Shown here in pieces: positions 22,933 through 31,802 of a stretch of DNA of 64,000 nucleotides. The notes beneath the pieces were generated by a model. It was given only the letters and a program-made list of their open reading frames with translations. It had not been told where the DNA came from and did no database searches. The stretch covers positions 1 to 64,000 of the IMG/VR virus record IMGVR_UViG_3300050343_000270; one strand, given 5' to 3'. Source of the stretch: a virus. Position 1 is the first letter of the stretch. The number at the start of each line of letters is the position of its first letter. The position numbers and the translations under genes were made by a program.

Positions 22933-23114
22933 TATTTTTTTGTTAGAGTGTTAAACCAGAAAACCCCGCCCCCTGTGTTCTAACAGGAGACGGGGAAGCG
23001 CCACAGAAAAGATTTTTTAAAAAATGCTATTGTCTAACATGTTCGCTAAGAACAATTAGCATAGATAAAAAGATGCAAGCCATGATTGAATATATATCCA
23101 TTAGACTTGTTAGA

Positions 23115-23825
23115 TTAGGCGCAAGGCTCGATTACAAAGCCGCTCGCATCCTTCTTGGCTAGTCCTTTTTCTATCAGTCCAACCACTACGCCTTTTTTGT
23201 CAAGGAAGCGTAAGTCGCTGTCGTCGCCGTCTATTACCTCGAAACCGTTCCATGTCTTAGGAAGTGAGCCGCGAAACACTGCCGCGATATTTCCGCCGCT
23301 TTTAAGAACTGAAACCATTTCAAGGTCAGAACTTTCTTCGCTCCGTGAGAGTGTTAGAGAATAGTTGTTAGGCAATTCTCCATTAAGAAATTGAGTCATT
23401 CTGTCAACTGATTTGGTATAGTCGTAAAAGATTTGATCTTTAAACTTATCAAACACATTTAAACCGTCAAAATGTTTCATATTTTCCCACGGCAAGTCAC
23501 TTGTTAGATTGAGACGAAAGCAAGCCTTCATTTTTTTTCTTGTCGCAGACTTAACAGCTTTTGTTATTTCATCGGATAATTGAGCCATAAAGTTCTTGCG
23601 ATCTTTAAACACTCGAATTGTTTTCTTTATTCGAGCCTCTTGGACATTTTTCATTGCTCCCCGTCCAGCAGTGTTCAAACATGCCATTGCGCATCCTTTA
23701 CTTGCCCACTTGCACACGTTGAAGCCGCTTACTTTTGACGGCGCAAGGTGAATGCCAAATGTTTTCCATCCCTTTTTTTCTCCCTTTGCTGTCTTGCTAT
23801 TTCCTGAGTTTAGTATTTTCTGCAT
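23115..23825 (-). CDS. Conserved phage protein, Gp88-like
   Basis: NSKTAKG, LAP, VC..AS.GC..ACLNTAGRG, RLN.TSD, FYDYTK and DGD.SDLRFLD. Start follows TACAAT-N6-ATG. Confidence 0.8.
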   Translation of the reverse strand: MQKILNSGNSKTAKGEKKGWKTFGIHLAPSKVSGFNVCKWASKGCAMACLNTAGRGAMKNVQEARIKKTIRVFKDRKNFMAQLSDEITKAVKSATRKKMKACFRLNLTSDLPWENMKHFDGLNVFDKFKDQIFYDYTKSVDRMTQFLNGELPNNYSLTLSRSEESSDLEMVSVLKSGGNIAAVFRGSLPKTWNGFEVIDGDDSDLRFLDKKGVVVGLIEKGLAKKDASGFVIEPCA

Positions 23826-23926
23826 GGCGGTATTGTAACAGAATTGCGAATGCACACAAGCTTTTTTAAATTATTTTTTAATCTTTTTTTTATCACTTTT
23901 TACTTGACAAGCGTGATCTGTTAGAT

Positions 23927-24505
23927 TTAGTTAGATTTGATCTGAGACGAAAGCCAGAGGTGATCAGTCAAAGCCTTTGCCTTCTTAAAAATTGGCGATA
24001 CAGATACAGTTGTGTCGAACCTGCGGTATTCTATGAGAGTAAGCAAAAACTTCTTTTCTTTTATGTAGGTCTTAGCGAACTTAGGGTCATTTTCGGTGAT
24101 GTCTCTTGTGTTAGATATGAGGTCGGCTAATTTAATGATTAGAGGAGTGTTACCTAGCGAAACAAGCCTCCAAGCCTCTGATTCTTTTCTTGCTTTTCTG
24201 TTCCAAGCAGGAAAGTTGGTTTTAGTGAATACATCTGTTAGATCAAGTATAACACTTGCATTAATTCTGCCAAACTTTTCCACCAATTTCTCGAAACTGT
24301 AGTCCGCATTAATCGGCGCAACATCTTCTAACACATCATGCCCCAAAGCTCCAATAGTGAAATCATCGCCATAGTAACCAAAAGACTGAAGAATCTCAAG
24401 AACTTCTTCTGTGTGAGTCCAGTAAGGAAAGCCAGTATACTTTCTTTTGTGGTTTATGGAGTCGTGTGCTTCCCTGAAGAAAGTTATTAATTGGTCGGTT
24501 GTCAT
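23927..24505 (-). CDS. HD-domain phosphohydrolase, RelA/SpoT hydrolase-like
   Basis: AH...RKYTG.PY..H...HDVLED...LTD...IKLADLISN. True start at 24505 after TATAAT-N6. Confidence 0.85.
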   Translation of the reverse strand: MTTDQLITFFREAHDSINHKRKYTGFPYWTHTEEVLEILQSFGYYGDDFTIGALGHDVLEDVAPINADYSFEKLVEKFGRINASVILDLTDVFTKTNFPAWNRKARKESEAWRLVSLGNTPLIIKLADLISNTRDITENDPKFAKTYIKEKKFLLTLIEYRRFDTTVSVSPIFKKAKALTDHLWLSSQIKSN

Positions 24506-24668
24506 GGCTGTATTATAGCGCAACGGAGGAGTGAAGCAACTGTTTTTTAATGTTTTTTTTGTGGAACAAAATGTTCCACGGAATAGTCGTAAGTCCTTCA
24601 TTATCAACGAGTTACGACGGTGCGGGGGGCGCTTCGCCGTAACTCGCTCTGTTTCAACGAGTTACGAC
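24506..24668 (-). promoter_or_regulatory. Cassette copy 2: sigma70 promoter + GTGGAAC-N5-GTTCCAC operator + double palindrome
   Basis: TTGCTT-N16-TATAAT on the minus strand; operator 24561-24579; element 24589-24668. Confidence 0.85.
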
Positions 24669-24683
24669 TATTATTACGATATT

Positions 24684-24959
24684 TTAGTGCTTTACCCTTT
24701 CGCACAGTTTGTGGCAACAGTACCCCTCTGCTTTCGCAACCATGTCTTGCCTCATCACCTCCATGTCTGCTTTGAGTTGTGGATCTTCTTTGCACATAAC
24801 GTCATACGATAGAGACGCGTCAACTAACTTATTGCCTTCTCTAACATATTCTTTTCCTAGATTAACTTCCAAGGTTTCGGGGTTGTAGTAAACGCGCATT
24901 AAGATAGGACTCCCCCCATCTTCGCACGGTATCAATTGATCTACTATATGTTTAGGCAT
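24684..24959 (-). CDS. Hypothetical protein
   Basis: 91-aa ORF in an early operon. Confidence 0.6.
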   Translation of the reverse strand: MPKHIVDQLIPCEDGGSPILMRVYYNPETLEVNLGKEYVREGNKLVDASLSYDVMCKEDPQLKADMEVMRQDMVAKAEGYCCHKLCERVKH

Positions 24960-24961
24960 TG

Positions 24962-25225
24962 TTAATCGTTGTTTAAAATGTTTATGATCTCCTCCGAGAT
25001 ACCCAGAACAGAAGCAATCCTCACATTCATTTCGAACGCTTGCGTTGCAGTGTCTTTTTGATCATCCTCAGATTTTACATATTGATTCCGATCATGAAAA
25101 GATTCATAAGGAAATTTGTCTAATGCATTTTTAAGGCTTGTGTGGAAGTCTACCCATTCTTTAATTAAGGATTCGCGACTATTTCCATTCATGTGTATTG
25201 CGGGGGCGATTTGGCGAGCGTTCAT
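24962..25225 (-). CDS. Hypothetical protein
   Basis: 87-aa ORF with TAAAAT-N6-ATG upstream. Confidence 0.6.
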   Translation of the reverse strand: MNARQIAPAIHMNGNSRESLIKEWVDFHTSLKNALDKFPYESFHDRNQYVKSEDDQKDTATQAFEMNVRIASVLGISEEIINILNND

Positions 25226-25249
25226 GGTGATATTTTAAGTGTTTAGGTG

Positions 25250-25615
25250 TTAACTGTCAAGATTTTTGGCGAAGATTTTATAACCTTTTTTATTCCCTTT
25301 GATGACGACTAAATCGGCGTGATGCACTGGATTAGATTCTGCGTCTACAAACGTTGGAGCTTTGTATGGATTATAGAAGATTTGATTTTTAGCGGTTGAG
25401 TAATCACGCCGCCCGTTGCATTCGCCCACGACAACAGCATGAACGTTTTTTTTCTTTTCTTTAAGGACTCGCTGTCTACCAGCTTCAGAAACTTTGAATT
25501 CCGCATTTGTTAGAACAACCTCTTCGGCGTAGCGCACAACCTTCCATACGCCATTGACTTTTTCTTGCAATGAGAGGCACCGCCGATGGAGGTTAAAGTA
25601 TATTCTCGTTTTCAT
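25250..25615 (-). CDS. Conserved phage hypothetical protein
   Basis: YFNLH...FKVSEAGRQRVLKEKKKNVHA...YNPYK pattern. Confidence 0.75.
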   Translation of the reverse strand: MKTRIYFNLHRRCLSLQEKVNGVWKVVRYAEEVVLTNAEFKVSEAGRQRVLKEKKKNVHAVVVGECNGRRDYSTAKNQIFYNPYKAPTFVDAESNPVHHADLVVIKGNKKGYKIFAKNLDS

Positions 25616-25622
25616 GTTTTAA

Positions 25623-25916
25623 TTAATCTGTTATAAAAACTTGCTTACCATCCACCTTCCAGAAACCCTTATTGCTTTGCTTCTTGGCATGTTTGATAAT
25701 GTTCTTTGCCGTGCCTCTAACATAAGAGTCTTCAGAGTCTGCAAATCGCCCAATTAGGCTGATCACCTTTTTAAGCTGTTGCTTTGAGGTAGATATAGAA
25801 AACCCGTTGCTGATTAGGTCACCATTGGCTATACCAACGGCTTCTAACATATCTTGATAGTCCGATGACTCCATAACCCTTTTGAGATATAGAACCCCCT
25901 GCTTTTGCTTTGTCAT
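25623..25916 (-). CDS. Hypothetical protein
   Basis: True start at 25916 (MTKQKQ) after TATAAT-N6. Confidence 0.65.
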   Translation of the reverse strand: MTKQKQGVLYLKRVMESSDYQDMLEAVGIANGDLISNGFSISTSKQQLKKVISLIGRFADSEDSYVRGTAKNIIKHAKKQSNKGFWKVDGKQVFITD

Positions 25917-26079
25917 GGCTGTATTATAGCGCAACGGAGGAGTGAAGCAACTGTTTTTTAATGTTTTTTTTGTGGAACAAAATGTTCCACGGAACCTCTG
26001 TAAGTCACTAAGTATCAACGAGTTACGACCGTGCGGGGGGCGCTTCGCCGTAACTCGCTCTGTTTCAACGAGTTATGAC
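25917..26079 (-). promoter_or_regulatory. Cassette copy 3: promoter + operator + double palindrome
   Basis: Promoter and operator identical to copy 2; element 26000-26079. Confidence 0.85.
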
Positions 26080-26198
26080 CATCAATGTTACTTCTTGTGT
26101 ATTAGTTCCCCGAAAAAATAGAAAAGAGAAACAATTAATATCATCGCTATTATGAATCCTACAACTTCTGTAATTATTGCCTCCATGATCTTATTATA

Positions 26199-26639
26199 TT
26201 AGAGTTCCTTAATGCGTATGAATTTTAATCTTCCTTCGTGTTTATAGCCACTTGAATCCATCCATGTAATAAAGCTGATACCTATACCACACACTCCGTC
26301 GATGATATCTTGTGTGTATTTAAGTTTGAACTGTTCATATTGTTCTTCTGTCAGGTCGCCATAATCAATATTACGTCTACGGTTTTTTGTTCGTTTCTTC
26401 GAATCTACAGCCTCATTAAATTCTTCCTCGCTAAGTTGTTTACCTTCGATGTACCATTCCTTATAGCCATTAGCATATTCGCAAGCAGGTCCATCTAGAC
26501 GGTGACGCTCACCATTTTGATACCAAGCCTTATATCCATCAACACCTTCAAAAGCAGGTCCATTTAGACGGTGACGCTCATCATTTTGAAACCATTCTCT
26601 AGTACCGTCGTCGTTTACTTTTACTTTATACTCTTGCAT
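26199..26639 (-). CDS. MORN-like repeat protein (HRLDGPA repeats)
   Basis: 22-aa repeats W.QN...HRL.GPA.E. Confidence 0.8.
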   Translation of the reverse strand: MQEYKVKVNDDGTREWFQNDERHRLNGPAFEGVDGYKAWYQNGERHRLDGPACEYANGYKEWYIEGKQLSEEEFNEAVDSKKRTKNRRRNIDYGDLTEEQYEQFKLKYTQDIIDGVCGIGISFITWMDSSGYKHEGRLKFIRIKEL

Positions 26640-26643
26640 AATC

Positions 26644-27162
26644 TTATTCCTTAATACGAAGTTTCTTTACATCGATGTTCATTGCTTTTGCTATATCCTC
26701 AAGAGTTACCTCGACTTTGTTATTTCTATTATTGAATTCTTCTTCAGTAAGTTTTATACCGTCAATATACCAAGCCTTATATCCATCAGCATCTTCAACA
26801 GCAGGTCCATCTAACCGATGAAGCTTATCATTTTGATGCCAATACTTATTTCCATTAGAACGTTCAACAGCAGGACCATCTAGACGGTGAAGCTCATCAT
26901 TTTGATACCATTCCTTATCACCATTAGCCAATTCAACAGCAGGTCCATCTTCACGATGAAGCTTTCCATTTTGATACCATGTCTTATTGCCATTAGAATT
27001 CTCAAAAGCAGGACCATCTAACCGATGAAGCTTATCATTTTGATACCAAGCCTTACTGCCATTAGAACGTTCAATAGCAGGTCCATCTAACCGATGAAGC
27101 TTATCATTTTGCCGCCACCACTTATCGCCGCTGTCTTTTACTTTTACTACGTACTCTTGCAT
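26644..27162 (-). CDS. MORN-like repeat protein (five LHRxDGPA repeats)
   Basis: 66-bp tandem repeats; true start MQEYVVK at 27162. Confidence 0.85.
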   Translation of the reverse strand: MQEYVVKVKDSGDKWWRQNDKLHRLDGPAIERSNGSKAWYQNDKLHRLDGPAFENSNGNKTWYQNGKLHREDGPAVELANGDKEWYQNDELHRLDGPAVERSNGNKYWHQNDKLHRLDGPAVEDADGYKAWYIDGIKLTEEEFNNRNNKVEVTLEDIAKAMNIDVKKLRIKE

Positions 27163-27195
27163 AATTTTTTTTGTTTTATCCCTTTCGGTAAGGAC

Positions 27196-27350
27196 ATTAT
27201 AGCGCAACGGAGGAGTGAAGCAACTGTTTTTTAATGTTTTTTTTGTGGAACAAAATGTTCCACGGAACCTCTGTAAGTCATTGAGCATCAACGAGTTACG
27301 ACGGCGCGGGGGGCGATTCGTCATAAGTCGTTAAGTATCAACGAGTTACG
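27196..27350 (-). promoter_or_regulatory. Cassette copy 4: promoter + operator + double palindrome
   Basis: Promoter identical to copies 2 and 3; element 27273-27350. Confidence 0.85.
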
Positions 27351-27584
27351 GATTAGAAAAGTCTACGTGCAAAACGTTTTTTTTATCCTCTTCGATTTCT
27401 AAACTAACAGATTCTATGAACCCCGCGAGCATTTGGGGATCTTTAAAAATCAAATCATTTAGAACTCCCTCTGGATATTCTTCATCTGTTAGAAACTCTC
27501 CTTCAACTGTAAATTTTACTATTTGTGTCACTAAATTGTTGCGCCCCCGAAGGGGCTTTGTTATTAGGCATTGACCTTGTTAGA

Positions 27585-27929
27585 TTAGAACCAGCACGAA
27601 TAGAAAACCTGCTTGCCCTCTCTCAAGGTATCATACGCATCAGAGATGAAAGAAAGAGTTTGTTCTTTTTTGTATTCATCATATCTCGAATCATTCCCAT
27701 AGAAAAATCCGTGTGTTTCTGGTAGCGCGTCATTAACGACAGCCGCTTCAAGCCTTTCGATGTCGCTCATATTCAGTTCAAGCTCTGAACAATTCCAATC
27801 GACGCTGTTTCCCTTGGTGCGCCATAGAGCCTCCATCCATCCGTCCAACGCATTGTGCTTGCGCCAACTTTGGATTTCGATGGTGTCCCCGTCTTGATTT
27901 CTTGTATATGCCCGTTGATCTAGTCCCAT
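27585..27929 (-). CDS. Conserved phage hypothetical protein
   Basis: MGLDQ...WRKHNAL.GWM...LP.T.GFFYG...FYSCW pattern. Confidence 0.75.
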   Translation of the reverse strand: MGLDQRAYTRNQDGDTIEIQSWRKHNALDGWMEALWRTKGNSVDWNCSELELNMSDIERLEAAVVNDALPETHGFFYGNDSRYDEYKKEQTLSFISDAYDTLREGKQVFYSCWF

Positions 27930-28000
27930 TTTATTGTTCCTTTCTTTTTAGTTGTTTGTTAGTTGTTAGTTTTTTTGGTTTTGTCCCTCTCGGTAAGGAC

Positions 28001-28164
28001 ATTATAGCGGAAATGGCGGAAAAAGCAAGAACCTTTTGCATGTTTATGCACTTTTTTTGTGGAACAAAATGTTCCACAGGATCGTCATAAGTCCCTAAGC
28101 GTCAACGAGTTACAACCGAGCGGCGGGGGCTTCGTCATAACTCGTTCTATTACAATGACTTACG
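28001..28164 (-). promoter_or_regulatory. Cassette copy 5: promoter + operator + double palindrome
   Basis: TTGCTT..TATAAT; operator 28059-28077; element 28087-28164; terminator-like hairpin 28207-28234. Confidence 0.8.
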
Positions 28165-28281
28165 TGGGTTATTTACGCTGTTAGAAACTGTTAGATTGGG
28201 GGTAAGAAAAACCCCCGCTGGTTGGCGGGGGAAAACTGTTAGGTTTATTACTTCCGTCTAGTGACGGGGATCTGTTAGCTG

Positions 28282-29046
28282 TCAAGCTGGGAGAACTAGA
28301 CCAGTCTCATTGTCAACTGTTAGGCTAGGCGAGTGATTCGCCAAGCGGTCAAAGTTGGATTGGATTGTCATTGTTCTCTGTGGCAACTTGGAAACGTCTG
28401 AACCCTTGAGCATCTCGGTGCAAGCGTTGTAGAGATTCCAGAGGTTGTTACCCTTGAACTCCTCATGGCGTGGAGCTTCAAACTCTTTGACAGTCTTGTA
28501 AACGTCGCGAGCAGAGAACCCCTTGGAGTCTACCAGATCAATCATCAAGTCAGCCGCTTGATTGCGCGTGATCTCAGTCTCTTGATACGCCGTGATGCGC
28601 TGTGCCATGTCAGACCAGTGAGAGGTGACGCGAGAAACAGCAGAAGATAACACGCGAGGCAAGTCTGTTAGGATTCGCGGAGTATGACGGCGAGCAAGTT
28701 TGATATCAGAGGAGAAACAAAGGTTATCACACACAAGCATCTGATTCCCGATGCAAATTGCGGAAGCAAAAGCCTTGTCATGGCTGTTACGGATTCCGAC
28801 AACTAGATTTCGGTCATCTGCTTGAATGTCCTTGCCAGTGATAGCGAAGCCGCCGAAGTAGCGAAGATCACCACGGGCTAGACCATGCTCCTCATGTGTG
28901 ATTTCTAAGCCAGCGCGATTAAGAGCCTTGCGTGTATAATCTACGAGCGTAGCGTGAGGAATTGGCGTGTGGGTGTCCGTTCCAGCAGGTGTGTTGAGGT
29001 TAGCAAGCTGGTCGGATTCGATGCGGTTTTTTGATAGTATTAACAT
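28282..29046 (-). CDS. DUF932-like protein
   Basis: THTPIPH...GIRNSHDK...VCDNLCF...RRHT...NLWNLYNA.TE.LK. Confidence 0.75.
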   Translation of the reverse strand: MLILSKNRIESDQLANLNTPAGTDTHTPIPHATLVDYTRKALNRAGLEITHEEHGLARGDLRYFGGFAITGKDIQADDRNLVVGIRNSHDKAFASAICIGNQMLVCDNLCFSSDIKLARRHTPRILTDLPRVLSSAVSRVTSHWSDMAQRITAYQETEITRNQAADLMIDLVDSKGFSARDVYKTVKEFEAPRHEEFKGNNLWNLYNACTEMLKGSDVSKLPQRTMTIQSNFDRLANHSPSLTVDNETGLVLPA

Positions 29047-29313
29047 GTTTTTTTTGTTTAGTTGGTTAAGCGTCTTTCGTGACTGCGGGGACATTATAAC
29101 CTAAAACATTTTCATAAGCAAGCTATTTTCGCATAAAAAACGATTTATTTTCACATGTTCCACGGAAATGTTCCACGCGCAAATCGACCTAACAACACCT
29201 GTTAGAGTGTCAAATACTCCCTAACAATGCCAGATATTTGGGTAAATAACCATTTGGAGTTTCTGTTAGTTTAAGTGGTTCAGTGTCAATGAGTTATGTG
29301 TTTGTAGATATAC

Positions 29314-29393
29314 GTAAGTCCTTCAGTATCAACGAGTTACGACGGTGCGGGGGGCGCTTCGCCGTAACTCGTTCAGTATCAACGAGTTATGAC
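29314..29393. repeat. 80-bp double-palindrome element, copy 6
   Basis: Matches the consensus; extra single site at 29271-29298; TGTTCCAC tandem at 29156-29176. Confidence 0.9.
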
Positions 29394-29476
29394 GATTTTT
29401 CTGTTAGAGTCTTGAGCAAAAAAACCCCGCCCCCCGATCTAACAGGGGACGAGGCTAACACTACTCCAGAAAACTG

Positions 29477-29749
29477 TTAGGCTACGACCTCGATTCCTGT
29501 TAGGTGCAACGTGCGGTATTTCTCCTGCGCGTTGTCGTCAATGTCAGTCGCTAAGACTTTAAGGCAACGTCTGCCATTTTTCTTGGCATGCCATACGTCT
29601 TCCACGGCGTGAATTTTAAAAGTGCGCTCCTTGTCTCTGCGCACAGTTGACTTCCCGTGGTTAATGTATCGCACAGTGCGATCTTTGAGAAGGTTTGCGA
29701 TCTCCAGAGCGGAGGCGGTTATATCTGTGTTTGTGTTTGCGATTTGCAT
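29477..29749 (-). CDS. Hypothetical protein
   Basis: TTGACT-N17-TACAAT-N6-ATG gives start MQIAN. Confidence 0.6.
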   Translation of the reverse strand: MQIANTNTDITASALEIANLLKDRTVRYINHGKSTVRRDKERTFKIHAVEDVWHAKKNGRRCLKVLATDIDDNAQEKYRTLHLTGIEVVA

Positions 29750-29851
29750 GGTTGTATTGTAGTTGGTTTTTTCGGTTGAGTCAATCCCTTTTTTTCGGAT
29801 TGTAAGATTATTTAGTGCTTTTAAAACGTCCATTTGTTTTATGTGTTTGTG

Positions 29852-30019
29852 TTATTCTGGCACGATTGCCATTACATGCTCGATAGAGAAGCCGATTTCT
29901 TCTCCGTCCTCAGTCGTTCCCCAGAATGGGCGGTGAGGGTTATTTTCTACAACTTCGTCAACGATGACACAAGCTCCATTCACGATCACTTCTGTGCCGA
30001 TTTTGATTTGTTCTTTCAT
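29852..30019 (-). CDS. 55-aa hypothetical protein (paralogue of 33650..33844; not in the ORF track)
   Basis: MKEQIKIGTEVIVNGACVIVDEV...FWGTTEDGEEIGFSIEHVMAIVPE. Confidence 0.65.
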   Translation of the reverse strand: MKEQIKIGTEVIVNGACVIVDEVVENNPHRPFWGTTEDGEEIGFSIEHVMAIVPE

Positions 30020-30162
30020 AACTGTTGTAATTTTGATGGGTTAACTTCTTCTTCTCCGACTTGCTCACTCTCGATAACGACATTGCCGTTGTCAAGAATC
30101 TCAACAACTTGAACGTTGTCGCCGTCGAACCTAAACCACTGATTAATCTCTATCTTCATCAT
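30016..30162 (-). CDS. 48-aa hypothetical protein (not in the ORF track)
   Basis: TATAAT-N6-ATG; ATGA overlap with the next gene. Confidence 0.6.
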   Translation of the reverse strand: MMKIEINQWFRFDGDNVQVVEILDNGNVVIESEQVGEEEVNPSKLQQL

Positions 30163-30255
30163 GCATATATTATAGTAGAAAACTGGATTTTTACAAGCTA
30201 TTTCGACATTAAAAACGCTTTTTTTTTACTTTTTAACTCATTCATTATCAACGAC

Positions 30256-30774
30256 TTAGAATTGTTCCACAGAATTGTTCCACAGAGATAGCTCGAATTT
30301 GCGTCTTTTCACTAATCCTTTGCGTATTTTTCCCCCCGCCATGCGATACATAGGCATTACTTCAGAAACGCTCTTATAGTTTCCATCGTTTAAACGTCCC
30401 TCTTGAGAAACAAGCTGATAGAGTGCGCCCCTTCCGCAGTTGTATGTGAAACTTGTTAGAGCGGCGAGTTGGTAATCTGTTAGAGGCACTTTAACAATAG
30501 AAAGAACTGTTTTTTTGTATTCGTGTAATTCATTTTCTAACAACTCGAAAGCCTCCCGCTCGGAGATGAAACCTTTTGAAACTGCTTTTCCTGTGTGACC
30601 ATATCCAATTGTTAGTTTTCCGCCGCAACACACATACGCCTTGGCTCTGAATCCCTCGAAATGTTTAATGCCTTGCGTCATGTGATACCAAGGCACGTTA
30701 GGTTTTACTAACAGAGCATTGTTAGAAGCCAAGGCTGGGGTGATGAAAAGCGCGAACAGTATTATAATTTTCAT
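30256..30774 (-). CDS. GH24 phage lysozyme with N-terminal signal peptide
   Basis: FEG.R..AY..GKLTIGYGHT...ALTSFTYNCG...GLVKRR..E; N-terminus MKIIILFALFITPALA. Confidence 0.88.
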   Translation of the reverse strand: MKIIILFALFITPALASNNALLVKPNVPWYHMTQGIKHFEGFRAKAYVCCGGKLTIGYGHTGKAVSKGFISEREAFELLENELHEYKKTVLSIVKVPLTDYQLAALTSFTYNCGRGALYQLVSQEGRLNDGNYKSVSEVMPMYRMAGGKIRKGLVKRRKFELSLWNNSVEQF

Positions 30775-30780
30775 GGTGTA

Positions 30781-30936
30781 ATTATACTCTAACAGATGGG
30801 CTTTGGCTAGCATTTATTTTTCTTTTTTTGTGGAACAAAATGTTCCACGGAATAGTCATAAGTCCTTCATTATCAACGAGTTACGACGATGCGGCGGGGG
30901 CTTCGCCATAAGTCGTTCATTATCAACGAGTTACGA
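30781..30936 (-). promoter_or_regulatory. Cassette copy 7: promoter + operator + double palindrome
   Basis: TATAAT-N6-ATG; operator 30830-30848; element 30858-30936. Confidence 0.85.
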
Positions 30937-30955
30937 TTGCTTTTTTATTGAATTA

Positions 30956-31036
30956 TGGTGGAGCATAGGGGAATCGAACCCCTGTCCGCGATCACTGGGT
31001 TATACCCTATCACTCACGTCTAAACCTGTATGCCCC
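30956..31036 (-). ncRNA. Minimal tmRNA-like RNA (tRNA-like domain only, 81 nt)
   Basis: GGGGCAT/ATGCTCC-ACCA acceptor stem with G3.U wobble; stemless D-loop ACAGGTTTAGAC; GGAC-AGGGG-TTCGATT-CCCCT T-arm; no tag ORF between them. Confidence 0.8.
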
Positions 31037-31042
31037 GTAATC

Positions 31043-31190
31043 ACCTTCATACTCTCTCGGATACACACGGGAATCTTTATACCCGTCCAATGGAGTCACC
31101 CATAGTTAACACAACCAGTTTCCGTGACTAAATGGAAGTTTACTTGTGCGGCAAGTTTACTGCTTAATGCACCTGAGAAAGTATGTAGGT
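31043..31190 (-). ncRNA. Candidate rod-shaped structured RNA (6S-like?)
   Basis: ~22-bp closing stem ACCTACATACTTTCTCAGGTGCAT/GTGTATCCGAGAGAGTATGAAGGT, a central bubble and an inner AGTCAC/GTGACT stem. Confidence 0.5.
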
Positions 31191-31199
31191 TTTAAATTG

Positions 31200-31421
31200 T
31201 TAGTTGTTAGAAAGGGCGACCTCGGCTTTGTAGTTTTCTTCGTCGATGCGCTCAAGCTCCTCAAGCTCTTCTATCTCTTCGTTCAGATTTTTCAGTTCTT
31301 GCTGTGCTTGGAAAACATCGAAATTTATTTTCCATGAAGCAGAACCGCCATTATTGAATTCATCTATTTGAAAGTCGAGGCGAGCGGCGCGTTGCTTTTT
31401 GCTAAGTAGTGTTTCAGTCAT
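31200..31421 (-). CDS. Hypothetical coiled-coil protein
   Basis: TACAAT-N6-ATG start. Confidence 0.6.
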   Translation of the reverse strand: MTETLLSKKQRAARLDFQIDEFNNGGSASWKINFDVFQAQQELKNLNEEIEELEELERIDEENYKAEVALSNN

Positions 31422-31427
31422 GGGCAT

Positions 31428-31592
31428 ATTGTACCAAAAAAGAGCGAAACCGCAAGAACTTTCTGCATGTTTTTTAACTTTTTTTGTGGAACAAAATGTT
31501 CCACGGAATAGTCATAAGTCCTTCATTATCAACGAGTTACGACGGTGCGGCGGGGGCTTCGCCGTAACTCGTTCAGTATCAATGAGTTATGA
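31428..31592 (-). promoter_or_regulatory. Cassette copy 8: promoter + operator + double palindrome
   Basis: Operator 31486-31504; element 31514-31592. Confidence 0.85.
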
Positions 31593-31802
31593 TTGTTAGA
31601 AGCTGTTAGATACATATCAGAGTTCCTTAGTATTCAGTTTTTCCCATCGTTCGATTTTTATGCCTAACCGTTCGATTTTAGCACCCAGCGTTGAAGCCTT
31701 GATCATCAGCCTCTTCAGTCTCCAACAATTGATATTGTTTATTAGGTTTTTCATTTTGTAGTGTGGTGTTTCGTATCTCATACTATTATTATATTAGAGT
31801 TC

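Noticed and set aside
23927-27324. N-terminal extensions such as FRGTFCSTKKTLKNSCFTPPLRYN, and plus-strand ORFs containing FFVEQNVPRNS
   Set aside because: They are translations of the repeated promoter/operator DNA; true starts are 24505, 25916 and 27162.
30956-31036. Ordinary tRNA-Ala or an attP remnant
   Set aside because: There is no D-stem or 7-nt anticodon loop. Both 5' and 3' tmRNA-type ends are present and pair, unlike a 3'-only att fragment.
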